Part shown: positions 12,735 to 23,957 of the stretch, in pieces
How positions within the stretch are numbered: the first letter of the stretch is position 1
Layout: each line of letters starts with the position of its first letter
Source of the DNA: Sphyrna mokarran
Taxonomy: Eukaryota
Direction: 5' to 3'
Assembly: GCA_024679065.1 (NCBI GenBank)
Contig: JAGIQG010000014.1
Location: 28,148,001-28,212,000, forward strand
DNA: 64,000 nt
Notes under the pieces: model-generated
Told to the model about the DNA's origin: nothing
Database searches by the model: none
What the model saw: only the letters and a program-made list of their open reading frames with translations
Position numbers and translations under genes: made by a program

Positions 12735-13300
12735 CACCAATAGTTAAGAAAGCCCAGCAACACATTTTACTTTCTCAGGATGCAAAGAAAATTTTCCATG
12801 TCCGCAACAACTCCCACCAATTTTTACAGATGCTCCAAAGAAAGCATTCTTTCTAGATATATCACAGCTTAGTATGGCTCCTGCTCTGTCCAAGATCATA
12901 AGCAACTACAAAGGGCCATGAACAAAGCCCAGTCCATCACGCAAATCAACCTTGCATCCACTGATTTAGTCTACACTTCCCACTGCCTAGGAAGAGCAGC
13001 CAGCATAATCAAGGACTCCACACACCCTGGACAGAGTCTCTTCCACCTTCTTCCAGGAAAAAATATAAGTCTGAGATCACGTACCAACCGACTCAAGAAT
13101 AGTTTCTTCCCTCCTCCCATTAGACTCTTAATTGGATTTATTTTTATGTTAAGTTGATCTTTCTTTACACCCTAGCTATGATTAACACTACATTCTGCGC
13201 TATCTCCTTCTGTATGTATGGTATGCTTTGTCTGTCTAATGCACATAAAACAACACATTTCACTATATACTAATACATGTGACAATAATAAATCAAAACA
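12735..13300 (+). mobile_element. Rex1/Babar LINE 3' fragment
   Basis: KKAQQ..YFLR, ESIL..ITA.YG, RAASIIKDSTHPG..LFHLLP..RTNRLKNSFFP; tail gtgacaataataaatc. Confidence 0.8.
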
Positions 13301-16081
13301 AAAATTGTCTTCTTATTCACTTACTGTACTTGAATACTAATTTAAAACAGTTCATGTACCATCCCTGTGTACCACAAAGTTCTGCAATCTTTCTTTGTTT
13401 AAATAGTATATTGCTTTGTTCTTCCTTCTGCCGAACTGGATAAGTTTGCACTGCTCATTGTTATAAGAGAAAAAGAGAGGTCTATCCGATTTCCAACGTA
13501 GAGATTTTCTAACAATAATAGCATGTGGTTTTCATCAAATAACCAATTATCAGGATAACAAATTGTTGTATATGGTCTTGGGGAATTAATATCAAAGCTG
13601 TTCTCGTTTAAATCACTTGAAGCACCCATTGTCTTAGCGCTTTTGTTTTACTTTCGTTAGTAGGCTGCTTTATCACAGAATTGTTACTGCTCAAAGTGAG
13701 ACCATTTGGACCATTGTGTCTTCACCAGCTTTCAAAATGTGTCTTAGTGACTTTCTTCTGCCTTTTCCCTGCACTTCTACAATTTTTTTCTTTTCAAGTA
13801 ATCATCTAATGTTTTCTTGATGCTTCAATTTGAGCCTGCCACCTCCACACTTACAGATAGTGCATTCTACTTTTTGTGTTTAGACATTCTTCTCTATACA
13901 CTTGCCCATAGTTTCATAGAGGAGGGCATGAAAGAAGGAATGTATGAATAAATGAAAACTTTAGACAATAACTTTGTCCTGATTGGTATTTTATCACTGA
14001 CTTGCACTTTTGAAACATCATTTAACAGGGCAGTGAATTTGATAACTGGAGACAATACATCTCCCAAGTTTAATTATTCTCCCATGTTCTGTAGAAGTGT
14101 CGTTTGTGATAATTGAACCTGCCACTGCATGCTCCTGCCCTCCTTCAACCACAAGGGGTTAATTTTCAAGGTACTGCTCTTCTGTCAGCGCTCTGAATGC
14201 AGCAAGTAGGGATCACAAATTCATGGAAATATCTTAAAGAGCTTCAGATTCTCAGCTTCGGAGAAAATGGCAGAAAAGTGGTCTAAATGTTCACAATGAT
14301 ACTAATGGGCAATATTGGTATTAAAATATAGTTGAATCTCAACTACTCTTGAGCAAGTAGGTAAGGGCAATAAATGCTGGCCAGCCAGCGACATCCATGT
14401 CCACGAATAAAAAAAATGTTAACCATAGGAGGGTGGCCCTATTTGCAGTTAAAGTCCATTATCCAGTGAAACACAGGGGCGAGTATATTCCAGAAATTCA
14501 CCATTTGAATAAATAGAACCACTTTTGCACCTTTTTTGCAATAAGGAACAATTATACAGATGTCATGATCAAGAGTGCTGCTCACTTTTGCACAGATTTC
14601 AAACACAATTCAAATCTAAATTGGGAAGTGCTACTACACTAAAAACTCTGCACACAGCATTTTTATATACTCATTCATTATTTCAAAACTGCATGGTGAA
14701 CTTTCCTTGAGGGTGAAGAGACAGCATTGGATGTTCAAGACGTCCCTGCACAGTTAATATTTTTTTAGTGGTGTCAGCAGCCATGTTCTCCAAACAGCAA
14801 ACGTTCACTTAATGATTCACCTCCTTTAGATATGCAGGTATTGCAGACTAACACCAGACATCATATTTGTTACCTAAAGTATTGCATTGTGTAGAAAACA
14901 TAAGGAAACAGTCAGTTCATGTTGTTGCTGATCAAATAATCAACTGTAATATTAATCTCATAAGTCTGCCTCATTTTCAGATTTTATTGCTCTGCTTAAC
15001 AAACTCTTATTTATTTTGACATAGATTCCATTTCATAGTCTCACAGTCATCCCTGTAAAATCAGTGTGTAGAATGATATTTTTGTTCTGTCGCCACCTGA
15101 ACATTTAGTGAGCACTCATCCTTTCTATTCACGGAAGGCACGGGGTCATTTGTGAAAAGCTCTGATCAAATGGGGACTAGATGTGGTGTTTCTGGGTAAG
15201 TTCTGCCACCCGGTGAATGTTTTCAGTTCTATCCAGCTAATATCTCTGTTCCACAGCAAAAATAAATTTGTCACGTATTCTGTAGAATTAACAATAAAGT
15301 TGCATCTTAGTAAGCAAACTTGACTTTTGCAGAGGACACCATGCAGTTTTGGATTGTATGGAGATCACTGTGCAACTCTCTGCCTAATTCTATTACAGCC
15401 CAACATGGGAAATGGAGACATTGAAGACTTTCATCTTGTTCAGTGTCAAACTTGACGTGAGGGCGTCTATTAAATCGTGAGAATTGGCAAAATGTCACCA
15501 TTGAGCTGCCTCTCATACCATTGCCCGATCCATCATTATTTTTAACATGTTCAGAACCCCAAAAAGAATATCTATCTCCATCTTTGTGTTTGGTATCATT
15601 GGAATTTCAGCAGCAATTAGAAAAATAAAACAAAAACTACTGACAGAGAGAGAAAAACTGAGTTATGAAAGATGGAGAACAACCCAGCAAAACCAATTAA
15701 AATTCAGAGAAAAATCCAGCTGACAGGGAATCAAATGGAAGCATCCATTGGCTTTAAGAATCCTTTATTTATGAGAAGAACTAGATCTGCGCCAATGTTT
15801 TCTGAGGAAGTGTAATATTACATCAGAGCTTAAATTGATACAAAAGCCAAACACAATGTCAGACTGAGATCAACTCAATTCGTGCAGCAACAATGGCAAG
15901 GAAGGCGACGACAATGTTGCTGTGAAGACAATCACACTTTGCCCTCAGGCAATTACATCTTATTAGACATTGAAAAATCATCTCCCGTTGATTTATACCT
16001 CAGAATGTGTCAGCAAGTTTCTGAAATGAAAGCAAAATGGACGTTAGATGCAAGACATGCCATATTTCTCTTCTGAGAATA

Positions 16082-16127
16082 CCAAATAAATCTATTGAAC
16101 TTTAACCTGGTGTTGTGAGACTTCTTC
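16082..16127 (+). mobile_element. Penelope pLTR remnant
   Basis: ccaaataaatctattgaactttaacctggtgttgtgagacttctt resembles 47001-47045. Confidence 0.55.
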
Positions 16128-17069
16128 AGAGATTATGCAGAGAAATGAGTTTAAAACTGGTTTTGCAAACCAGTATTGGGCAGTGCAGTGCAGAGGAATA
16201 ACGACAAAGAAGCAAGAAGGACACCTTATGTCTCTCTATCTCTCCCTCTCACTGGGTCCCACCTAACTTGACTTGAACTCTGCACTCTCACACAGATACT
16301 CTGACCGACCCCTCTCGTTCTGATTCCCCCAACCCACCCCAATCAAATCCAGCTCCAATATCATGCTTTGGTTCTGACTGCAATTTCCATGTACCATTCC
16401 CCAACTTTGGTCCGGGATAGTTCGTCCCCACCACCCTCTCCCTCAACTGTAGTTTGGGACAGCTCTTCACCTCGAAGTTGCTGGGAGTGTACAGCACAGC
16501 TCCTGTCTCACCCAGCCTGTGTGTGGAAGGTTCGGCAAGACAGGAGCTGTGCAACCACAATGAATGTAAAACTCTCGAGAGTGGCAATCCAATGGAGATT
16601 GCCACTCTACAGAAGTAACAGGCCATATAACCCTCAAATTTGAGTTGGGGCTAATAAGTTTAGACCCTGAGACTTGGGGAGTGGATGGATGGAAAAGATG
16701 AATCCTGGAACTGAAATGAATTAGGAATTGATAGGGATCCGGCAGTGCTCTCAAGCACATACTGTACAGTGGAACAAGATATTTAGAGTAAATGAGAAAC
16801 CAAGTAAATCAGATATTATTGAAGTAATTTCCTTGCATTTTTCGATGTAGGTTGTTGTATGTATTTGATAGCTTTGAGTGCATTATCAAATTCAATGATA
16901 AATTCATTCCAGGTTAGAATTTTTGATGCCAATGTGAGCATTAAGTACAGTTGAAAGCAAAAATGATGTTACAGTTTGAGGTGGGGCAGGGCTTTGGTGA
17001 AACAATGAGGAGCATTTCCTGGGCTCGCCCACTGCCAGGATCATCTGGTCCTATCGAAAGGCAATCATT

Positions 17070-17412
17070 GAATCATAGAACCCTACAGTGCAGAAAGAGG
17101 CCATTCAGCCCATCGAGTCTGCACCGACCACAATCCCACCCAGATCTTAACCCCATATCCCTACATATTTATCCACTAATCCCTACATATTTACCCACTA
17201 ATCGCTCTAACCTATGCATCTCAGGACGTGAAGGGGTAATTTTAGCATGGCCAATCAACTTAACCCGCACATCTTTGGATAGTGGGAGGAAACCGGAGCA
17301 GACACGAGGAGAATGTGCAAACTCTACACAGATAGTGACCCAAGCTCGGAATCGAACCCAGGTTCCTGGAGCTGTGAAGTAGCAGTACTAACCACTGCGC
17401 TACTGTGCTGCC
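17070..17412 (-). mobile_element. HE1-like V-SINE
   Basis: A and B boxes, V core and CR1 tail on the reverse strand. Confidence 0.85.
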
Positions 17413-17759
17413 TATTGCCTTATTGAGCCTGCACCAACAACTAATACATATTTAAATCCCATGCACAGGTGTAATTCAATGAAATCTATTTACAGACTTT
17501 TGACTGGACCGCAGCATCCCCCATGATGGGTCCCATTACAAGGGGGCCAGAATATCCCAACCCATATCTGGAATACTGAGTACAGTTTTGGTTTGCATTG
17601 GAATTTGTTCAGGGAATGTTCACTTGGCTGACTCCTGGGAGAAAGGGCTAATCTTAGAAAGAAAAGATGAACAGATTGGGTGTACATCTATGGGAGTTTA
17701 GCAGAATGAGAGCTGATTTTATTGAACCATATATGATTTATGTTATTTTTGGGGACCAC

Positions 17760-18160
17760 AGAAGCTATAGTGGACACCCACTGAGCAGTATGGCTGAAAC
17801 TGGTGTGGAGGCCACAGGGTGTAGCTGAGATATGATACAATGAAGTTTATGCTGCAACTCGCAGTTTTGTGGAGCAGAACAGAGGGATCTGGAAAAAGAG
17901 ATTCTGGTGCCTGGACTGGTCTAGTGAAGCCCTGCAGTACAATCTGCAGAGGATGTCATGCATCATGATCATCTGCTGCAACCATCACAACCTAGCACTT
18001 CAACGGGTGGAGGAGGAACAGCCCCATGAGGAGATACTTCCTCCGATGAGAACAGCAAGTTGGACGATGAGAAAGAGGTCCTGGAGACCGAGGAAGTCAG
18101 TCATGAGGCAATGGCAATGGCGAGATGGAGCTGACACACTTGGAATGCACTCGTAGCTGC
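17760..18160 (+). mobile_element. PIF/Harbinger transposase C-terminal remnant
   Basis: EQNRGIWKKRFWCLDWSSEALQY..IICCNHHNLA resembles the HARBI1-type (E..G.LK.RFRCL...ALQY.P...I..CC.LHN) motif. Confidence 0.7.
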
Positions 18161-19873
18161 CCAATTCATTGATGGTTTTGAGCATGAGCACATCCGATCA
18201 TCTTCATAGCCCATGTCTTTCCCCCTTTTGGCCCCGAGACTCTTGTACTTTGACCTGGTTCCATTGCCTCTGTGACCTCTGCACCCTCAATCTTCCAGCC
18301 TGGTGCATTGACCACTTCTGGCACTCGTGCCTCTTCTGCTACTTCCCTTGCCACGCCATTTCCCCCATTCTTATTGCTACCCCCTCACCTTTGGCAGTGC
18401 CCTTCTGGGGCCACTGCCCATTCCTCTTTATCAGTACCCTTTGAGGCCTCGGTCAATTCCCCATGCCAGTACCCCTGGTGCCCTTGCTGCTAACCCTTCA
18501 CCTTTGCCAGTACTTTTGAAGCCTTTACCCCCTTGCCCTTACCAGGATAATCCAAGCGTCTGCCTGTTCTTCTTCACCTTGTCAGTGTCCTTTCTCTCCT
18601 CTGAAAAAGTTGTGTGTTCACTTCCAAACTCCTTCAGAGGTGAGCTCGCCAGCTTCCAATCTTTTAAAAGTAGTTGCGATTTGCGCCATCGTGATATTAT
18701 GTGTCTGTCAGTGGACCTTCAAACGTTGGGGGGAATGATTGCTGCAGAGAGGTTTGATGTTCACTTATGTTCACTTATTGATATTAGCTTTTCAACAACG
18801 CATGGTGAGAAACTCATCATGTCACTTGCAGGACGAGGGGATGACCTCAGAGAGATTTTTTGCTAACATAACATGTCATTTGGGATTATCTGCTCCTGTC
18901 ACCAATCCTGCCCACTGAGAACAGGAACGAAAAATCCTGGCCATAGACTAATTTTCATTTGTTACAATGTGATAGTCCTAGTCAGAGATAAAATCATTGC
19001 CAACAGCCCACCTCAGAGATTTAAATGAAGAATTCCACAAAATATTTGCCAAGGTTAGCATGGGCTCAACTGAACACTTGATCAGCCTGTCACAAAAGAA
19101 GTGAGATAGGTCTTGTCAGGCCTCTGCTAATCCTTCATGATCATGAATTTAAAATAAATCAGAACTGAGACATGCCTGATGCAACTAGCTGGTATTTTGT
19201 TCCTTTCCCTTTTAATTAGGATTTTAAAAAAGTATTTTATGGGATGTGAGCATTGTTGGCTAGGCCAGCATTTATTGCCTCTCCCGATTGATCTTGAGAA
19301 GGTGGCAGTGTGACTCCTTCTGCAGCAGTCCATGCGGTGTAAACAAAGAACAAAACAGCACGGGAAACAGGCCCTCCGGCCCAACGAGCCCGCGCTGCCA
19401 CCCCGATGTTCCCACCTCTACCCGCAATCCCTGTCCATGTTTATAGATCTATGGATTAAAAACCAAATTTGAGTCAATTTAGGGAGAATTTGTTTTGCCA
19501 ATTAGCCCAAGAGCACATCTTTGGGATGTGGGAGGAAACCGGAGCACCCGGAGAAAACCCACGCAAGCACGGGGAGAATGCGCAAACTCCCACAGACACA
19601 GGCCCAATCCATGTATCTGCACAGCACAGCGATAGTCACTGAGCTGTCGTGTTGCCCATCAAATGGTCCAGGTCAAGCGTACACTAACGACGTGAAGCAC
19701 TAGGATACTCTTGAAAAAAAAATCCAAGAGCAGCCCTCTCGCGACCCATCGCGTGTATGCCCCTCGTTAGACAACAAGGTGGACCAAAGCACCTGTAGGA
19801 TAAAAACAAGTACATCAATATCATCATCTATTTACACACTTCCCAGGGACTCCCAAGGCTCATGATCCCTATT

Positions 19874-22750
19874 TTAAATCAGTTTTTCTATACCCCTCCA
19901 TTCCCATTCTGTTCATGTGCCCATCTAAGTATTTCTTAAATAACTCCAGAGTGCCTACCTCCACCACTTTACTTGGCAGCGCATTCCATACCCCCACCAC
20001 CCTCTGTGTGAAAAACTCCCTCTAGCATCCAAATTATACCTTACCCCCCCCTCACTCTAAGCCCATGATCCCTCGTGCTATTTGAGTCCATCCTAGGAAA
20101 AAGCTTAACCCTGTTTACTCTATCTATACCTCTCATAATCTTGTACACCTCTATCAGATCTCCTCTAAGTCTACGTCTTTCTAAGGAAAACAGTCCCAAT
20201 TTGCCTAATCTCTCCTCGTAACTCAGACCTTCCATACCAGGCAGCATCCTGGTAAAACTCCTCTGCACTCTCTCCAGAGTCTCCACGTCCTTCCGGTAGT
20301 AAGGCGACCAGAACTGGATGCAGTATTCCAAATGAGGTCTAACCAGCGTTTTATACAACTGCAACATTAAAGGCCAGCTCTTTTACTCTATACCCCTTCC
20401 TATAAAGGCTAACATACTATATGCTTTCTTCACAACCTTCTCCACTTGCTCTGCCACCTTCAGAGACTTGTTCACCTGCATCCCCAGTTCCCTCTGCATT
20501 TCTATTCTCTTAATAGGTCTACCCTTTATCATATACTTCCCCCCTACATTCTTTCTCCCGAAATGCATCACCTCACATTTCTCAGGATTGAATTCCATCT
20601 GCCATCTGTCTGCCCAAGCTACCAGCCTATCTATGTCCTGCTGCATCCCCTGACAATGCTCCTCACTATCCGCAAGTCCAGCCATCTTTGTATCGTCTGC
20701 AAACTTGCTGATCACTCCACTTACTCCCTCTTCCAAGTCATTTATATATATTACAAATAGAAGAGGTCCCAGTACCGAGCCCTGCTGCACACCACTAGTG
20801 ACCAACCTCCAGCTAGAAAAACACCCTTCCACTATTACTCTCTGTCTCCTATTACCAAGCCAGATCTAGCTACCTGTCCTTGTATCCCATTTGCCTTGAC
20901 CTTCTCAAATAACCTCCCATGAGGGACTTTGTCAAACGCCTTACTAAAATCCATATAGACGACATCAACGGCTCGCCCTTCATCCACCGTTTTCGTCACC
21001 TCCTCAAAAAATTCTACCAGATTTGTAAGGCACGACCTCCCCTTAACAAATCCATGCTGCGTATCCCTAATCAGATCGCAATGCTCTAAGTGCCTATACA
21101 TCCTATCTCTAAGAATCCCTCCAACAGCTTCCCTACCACTGATGTCAAACTCACTGGCCTATAATTTCCAGGGTTATCCCTACTACCCTTTTTAAACAAC
21201 GGTACAACATTAGCTATTCTCCAGTCCTCTGGACCTCACCTGTGTCCAAGGAAGAGACAAAGATTTGCGTCAGAGGCCCAGCAATTTCACCTTGCACCTC
21301 CCTAAGCAGCCTGGGATAAATGCCATTAGGCCCCGGAGATTTATCAGTTTTAATGCTACCTGGAAGCTCTAACACTTCCTCCCTCGGTATGGATATTTCC
21401 CTCAACTGGTCCACAGCTCCCTCAGAGACAGGAGCTGTCAACAAGCCCCTCTCCTTCATGAATACTGACGCAAAATATTCATTCAGGATCTCTGCCATTC
21501 CCTCGGGCTCTAAGCACAGTTCCCCTCCTCTGTCCCTAAGAGGTCCGATTTTTTCCTCTAACCACCCTTTTATTCCTAACATAGGAGTAAAAAGCCTTTG
21601 GATTTTCCTTAATCCTATCTGCCAAAATCATTTCATGCCCCCTTTTTGCCCTTTTAACTCCCCATGTGAGCTCCCTCCTACTCTCTCTATATTCCTCCAA
21701 CGCTGTCTCCGTTCCCAGCTGCTTTGACCTATCATACGCCTCTCTTTTCTTCCTAACCAAGTCCTCAATATCCCTAGTAATCCACGGCTTTCTAATCCTA
21801 CCTTTCCCATCTTTCCTCTTGGCCGGCACATACTTATCTTGCAACATTTTCAGTATTCCCTTGAAAGAGTCCCACATGCCTAGCATGGACTTACCCTCGA
21901 ACAACTGTTCCCAATCAGTATCCCTAAGTTCCTGCCTAATCCGACCATAGTTAGCCTTCCCCCAATTCAACACCCTGCTCTTAGGGCAACAAGCATCCTT
22001 TTCCATCTGAATCCTAAAGTAGACAGAATTGTGGTCACTGTTAGCCACATGTTCCCCTACTACAACATCAACCACCTGCCCTGGCTCATTACTCAGAACT
22101 AAATCCAATATAGCCCCTTCTCTAGTCGGGCTAGCCACATACTGCTCCAACGATCCTTCCAGTAGACATTTTGCAAATTCCTGCCCACCCAAACCCCCAG
22201 CTCTAGGTACCTTCCAATCCACCCTAGGGAGATTAAAATCTCCCACTATAACGACTCTGTTCTTTCTGCACCTATCCAAAATGTCTTTACATATGCCTTC
22301 TTCAACTACCCACGGGCTGCTGGGTGGCCTATAATACACCCCCAGCATAGTAATCGCTCCCTTTCTATTCCTCAACTGCATCCACAGCGACTCCACTCCT
22401 AACTCCTCTGTATTGTCCTCCCTCTGCCGTGATGCTCTCCTTAACTAACAGCGCCACTCCTCCACCTCTTCTGGACCCTCCTCTGTCACTCCTGAAACAC
22501 TTTTACCCAGGAATATTCACCTGTTACTGCTCCCCTTCCTTTAACCAAGTCTCCGTCACCGCAACCACATCCAAGTTCCTCACAAACATTAAGGCCCTAG
22601 GTTCATCCGTTTTTCCTGTTACACTCCTCGCATTGAAACAGACACACTCCAGACCTCCAAGTCCACTCGGAACCTCCTTCTTCCCGGTATATTTCTTCTC
22701 ATCCAAGCTTACTGTATCTCCCATCTTGTTCTCTACTGAGCTATTGGTCT
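19874..22750 (-). pseudogene. CR1 ORF2 (APE endonuclease plus reverse transcriptase), frameshifted
   Basis: Consecutive ORF pieces carry NARSV, VTETWL, YYRPP, GDFN, SDHN, QHGFVKGRSC, DFSKAFDKVPH, QGSVLGP, FADDTK and RPHLEYC. Confidence 0.92.
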
Positions 22751-22772
22751 CAGCCCCTCCCCCCCCTCCATA

Positions 22773-23663
22773 TTAGTTTAAATCCTGCCGAAATACGCCA
22801 GCTAACCTTCCAGCTAAGATATTTACGCCCTTCCCATTTAAGTGTTTCCCGTCCCTTCTGTACAGGTGCCCTTCTTTTACAAAGACTTCCCAGTTATCCA
22901 CAAATACGAAACCCTCTGCCCGACACCAGTCCTTCAGCCACGCATTCAGCTGTAGGATCTCCTTTCTCCTGGCTCTGCTATTACCCGGCCCTGGAAGCAG
23001 TCCTGAGATCGCCACCCTGGAGGCCCTGCTCCTCAGCCTACCCCCCAACTCCCTGAATTGCCTTCTTATATCCTCCCTGCACTTCCTTCCTACATCCTTC
23101 TCTCCTACGTGAATAATTACATCCGCCTGGGTCCCCTCACCTTTCAAGATGCCCTCTACCCTGTCAGGCACATCTTGCACCCCTGCTCCAGGAAGGCAAA
23201 TTACCATTCTGGAGTCCCACCTTGGACCACAGAAGCGTCTATCTATTCCTTTAACCCTCCCATCCCCCACCACTATCTCCCTTCTAGCCCCTTTCCTCCC
23301 CTTTGAGGCACTCTGGTCCTCGTGCCTTGCCTTTTTTACCCCTTCGCCCTCGATATTTTGGGGGGCTGCCACTGGGGAAGTCTTTGGACTGTCTCCCCTC
23401 TCCTTTCTCCCCTTCCTGACAGTAATCCACCTGTAAGGGTCACGTTCCCCCCACTTAGGCTCCGGCTCCGCCACCTTACTCTGCCTCCCTTCCACGATTC
23501 CCTCATTCTCCCTGACTAAAAATGCATCTTCCAATCGCCGCTCTAGTTGCTTGACCCGAGCCCTCAGATGATGCAGCTCCAAACACTTGACGCATACGTG
23601 GACTTTCGGGAGAGATCTTGCCTCCAGGAACTCCCACATATGACACCGTACAAGGTGAGGCAT
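22773..23663 (-). CDS. CR1 ORF1p: Zn-finger/leucine zipper plus SGNH esterase-like domain
   Basis: CHMWE..HVCVKC, heptad LELHHLRARVKQLERRL, then IVVGDG..CLPGA..IHVGEKD..DGKHLN; open for 296 aa. Confidence 0.85.
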   Translation of the reverse strand: MPHLVRCHMWEFLEARSLPKVHVCVKCLELHHLRARVKQLERRLEDAFLVRENEGIVEGRQSKVAEPEPKWGERDPYRWITVRKGRKERGDSPKTSPVAAPQNIEGEGVKKARHEDQSASKGRKGARREIVVGDGRVKGIDRRFCGPRWDSRMVICLPGAGVQDVPDRVEGILKGEGTQADVIIHVGEKDVGRKCREDIRRQFRELGGRLRSRASRVAISGLLPGPGNSRARRKEILQLNAWLKDWCRAEGFVFVDNWEVFVKEGHLYRRDGKHLNGKGVNILAGRLAGVFRQDLN

Positions 23664-23957
23664 CTTCCCTTAATCCCTGCCATTGTCCTGAACACCTTTG
23701 GAGGTGTGAATACCAATGGAAAACCAATAGCACACTGTGCCTGAGCCTCCTGTCGCCCAAGCCCCGCGAGCCACAGCCCTTATATCTCTCACTCTGCTTC
23801 CCTATTCACTCACACTGCCCGCTCCCGACGCTGCCCGCTGTCTACTGCCACTTTCTTTTTATACTCCCCAGTTTCCTTCCCAGCTAGCCCCAGGCCTAAC
23901 TACAGCAGCAAAAAGCACTCAAAAAGAGAGAGAGAAAAAAAAGCAAATTGAAAAATT

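Larger units (their letters stand above)
19342..23957 (-). mobile_element. Full-length CR1 LINE with an unusually long, V-SINE-containing 3'UTR, in TIM intron 2
   Basis: ORF1 plus frameshifted APE-RT ORF2 and a (GTTCTTT)-type tail; it interrupts an older LINE that resumes colinearly (..ccatgcggtgta | cccacagtgctg..). Confidence 0.93.

Noticed and set aside
15555-15723. Short hydrophobic plus basic reading frame (ISIFVFGIIGISAAIRKIK) that might be an alternative TM exon
   Set aside because: The acceptor is weak, the phase does not match the IgV exon, and the hydrophobic run is short.
18166-18866. Cluster of overlapping ORFs up to 179 aa
   Set aside because: C/T-skewed interior of a decayed Harbinger-related region with no recognisable domain.
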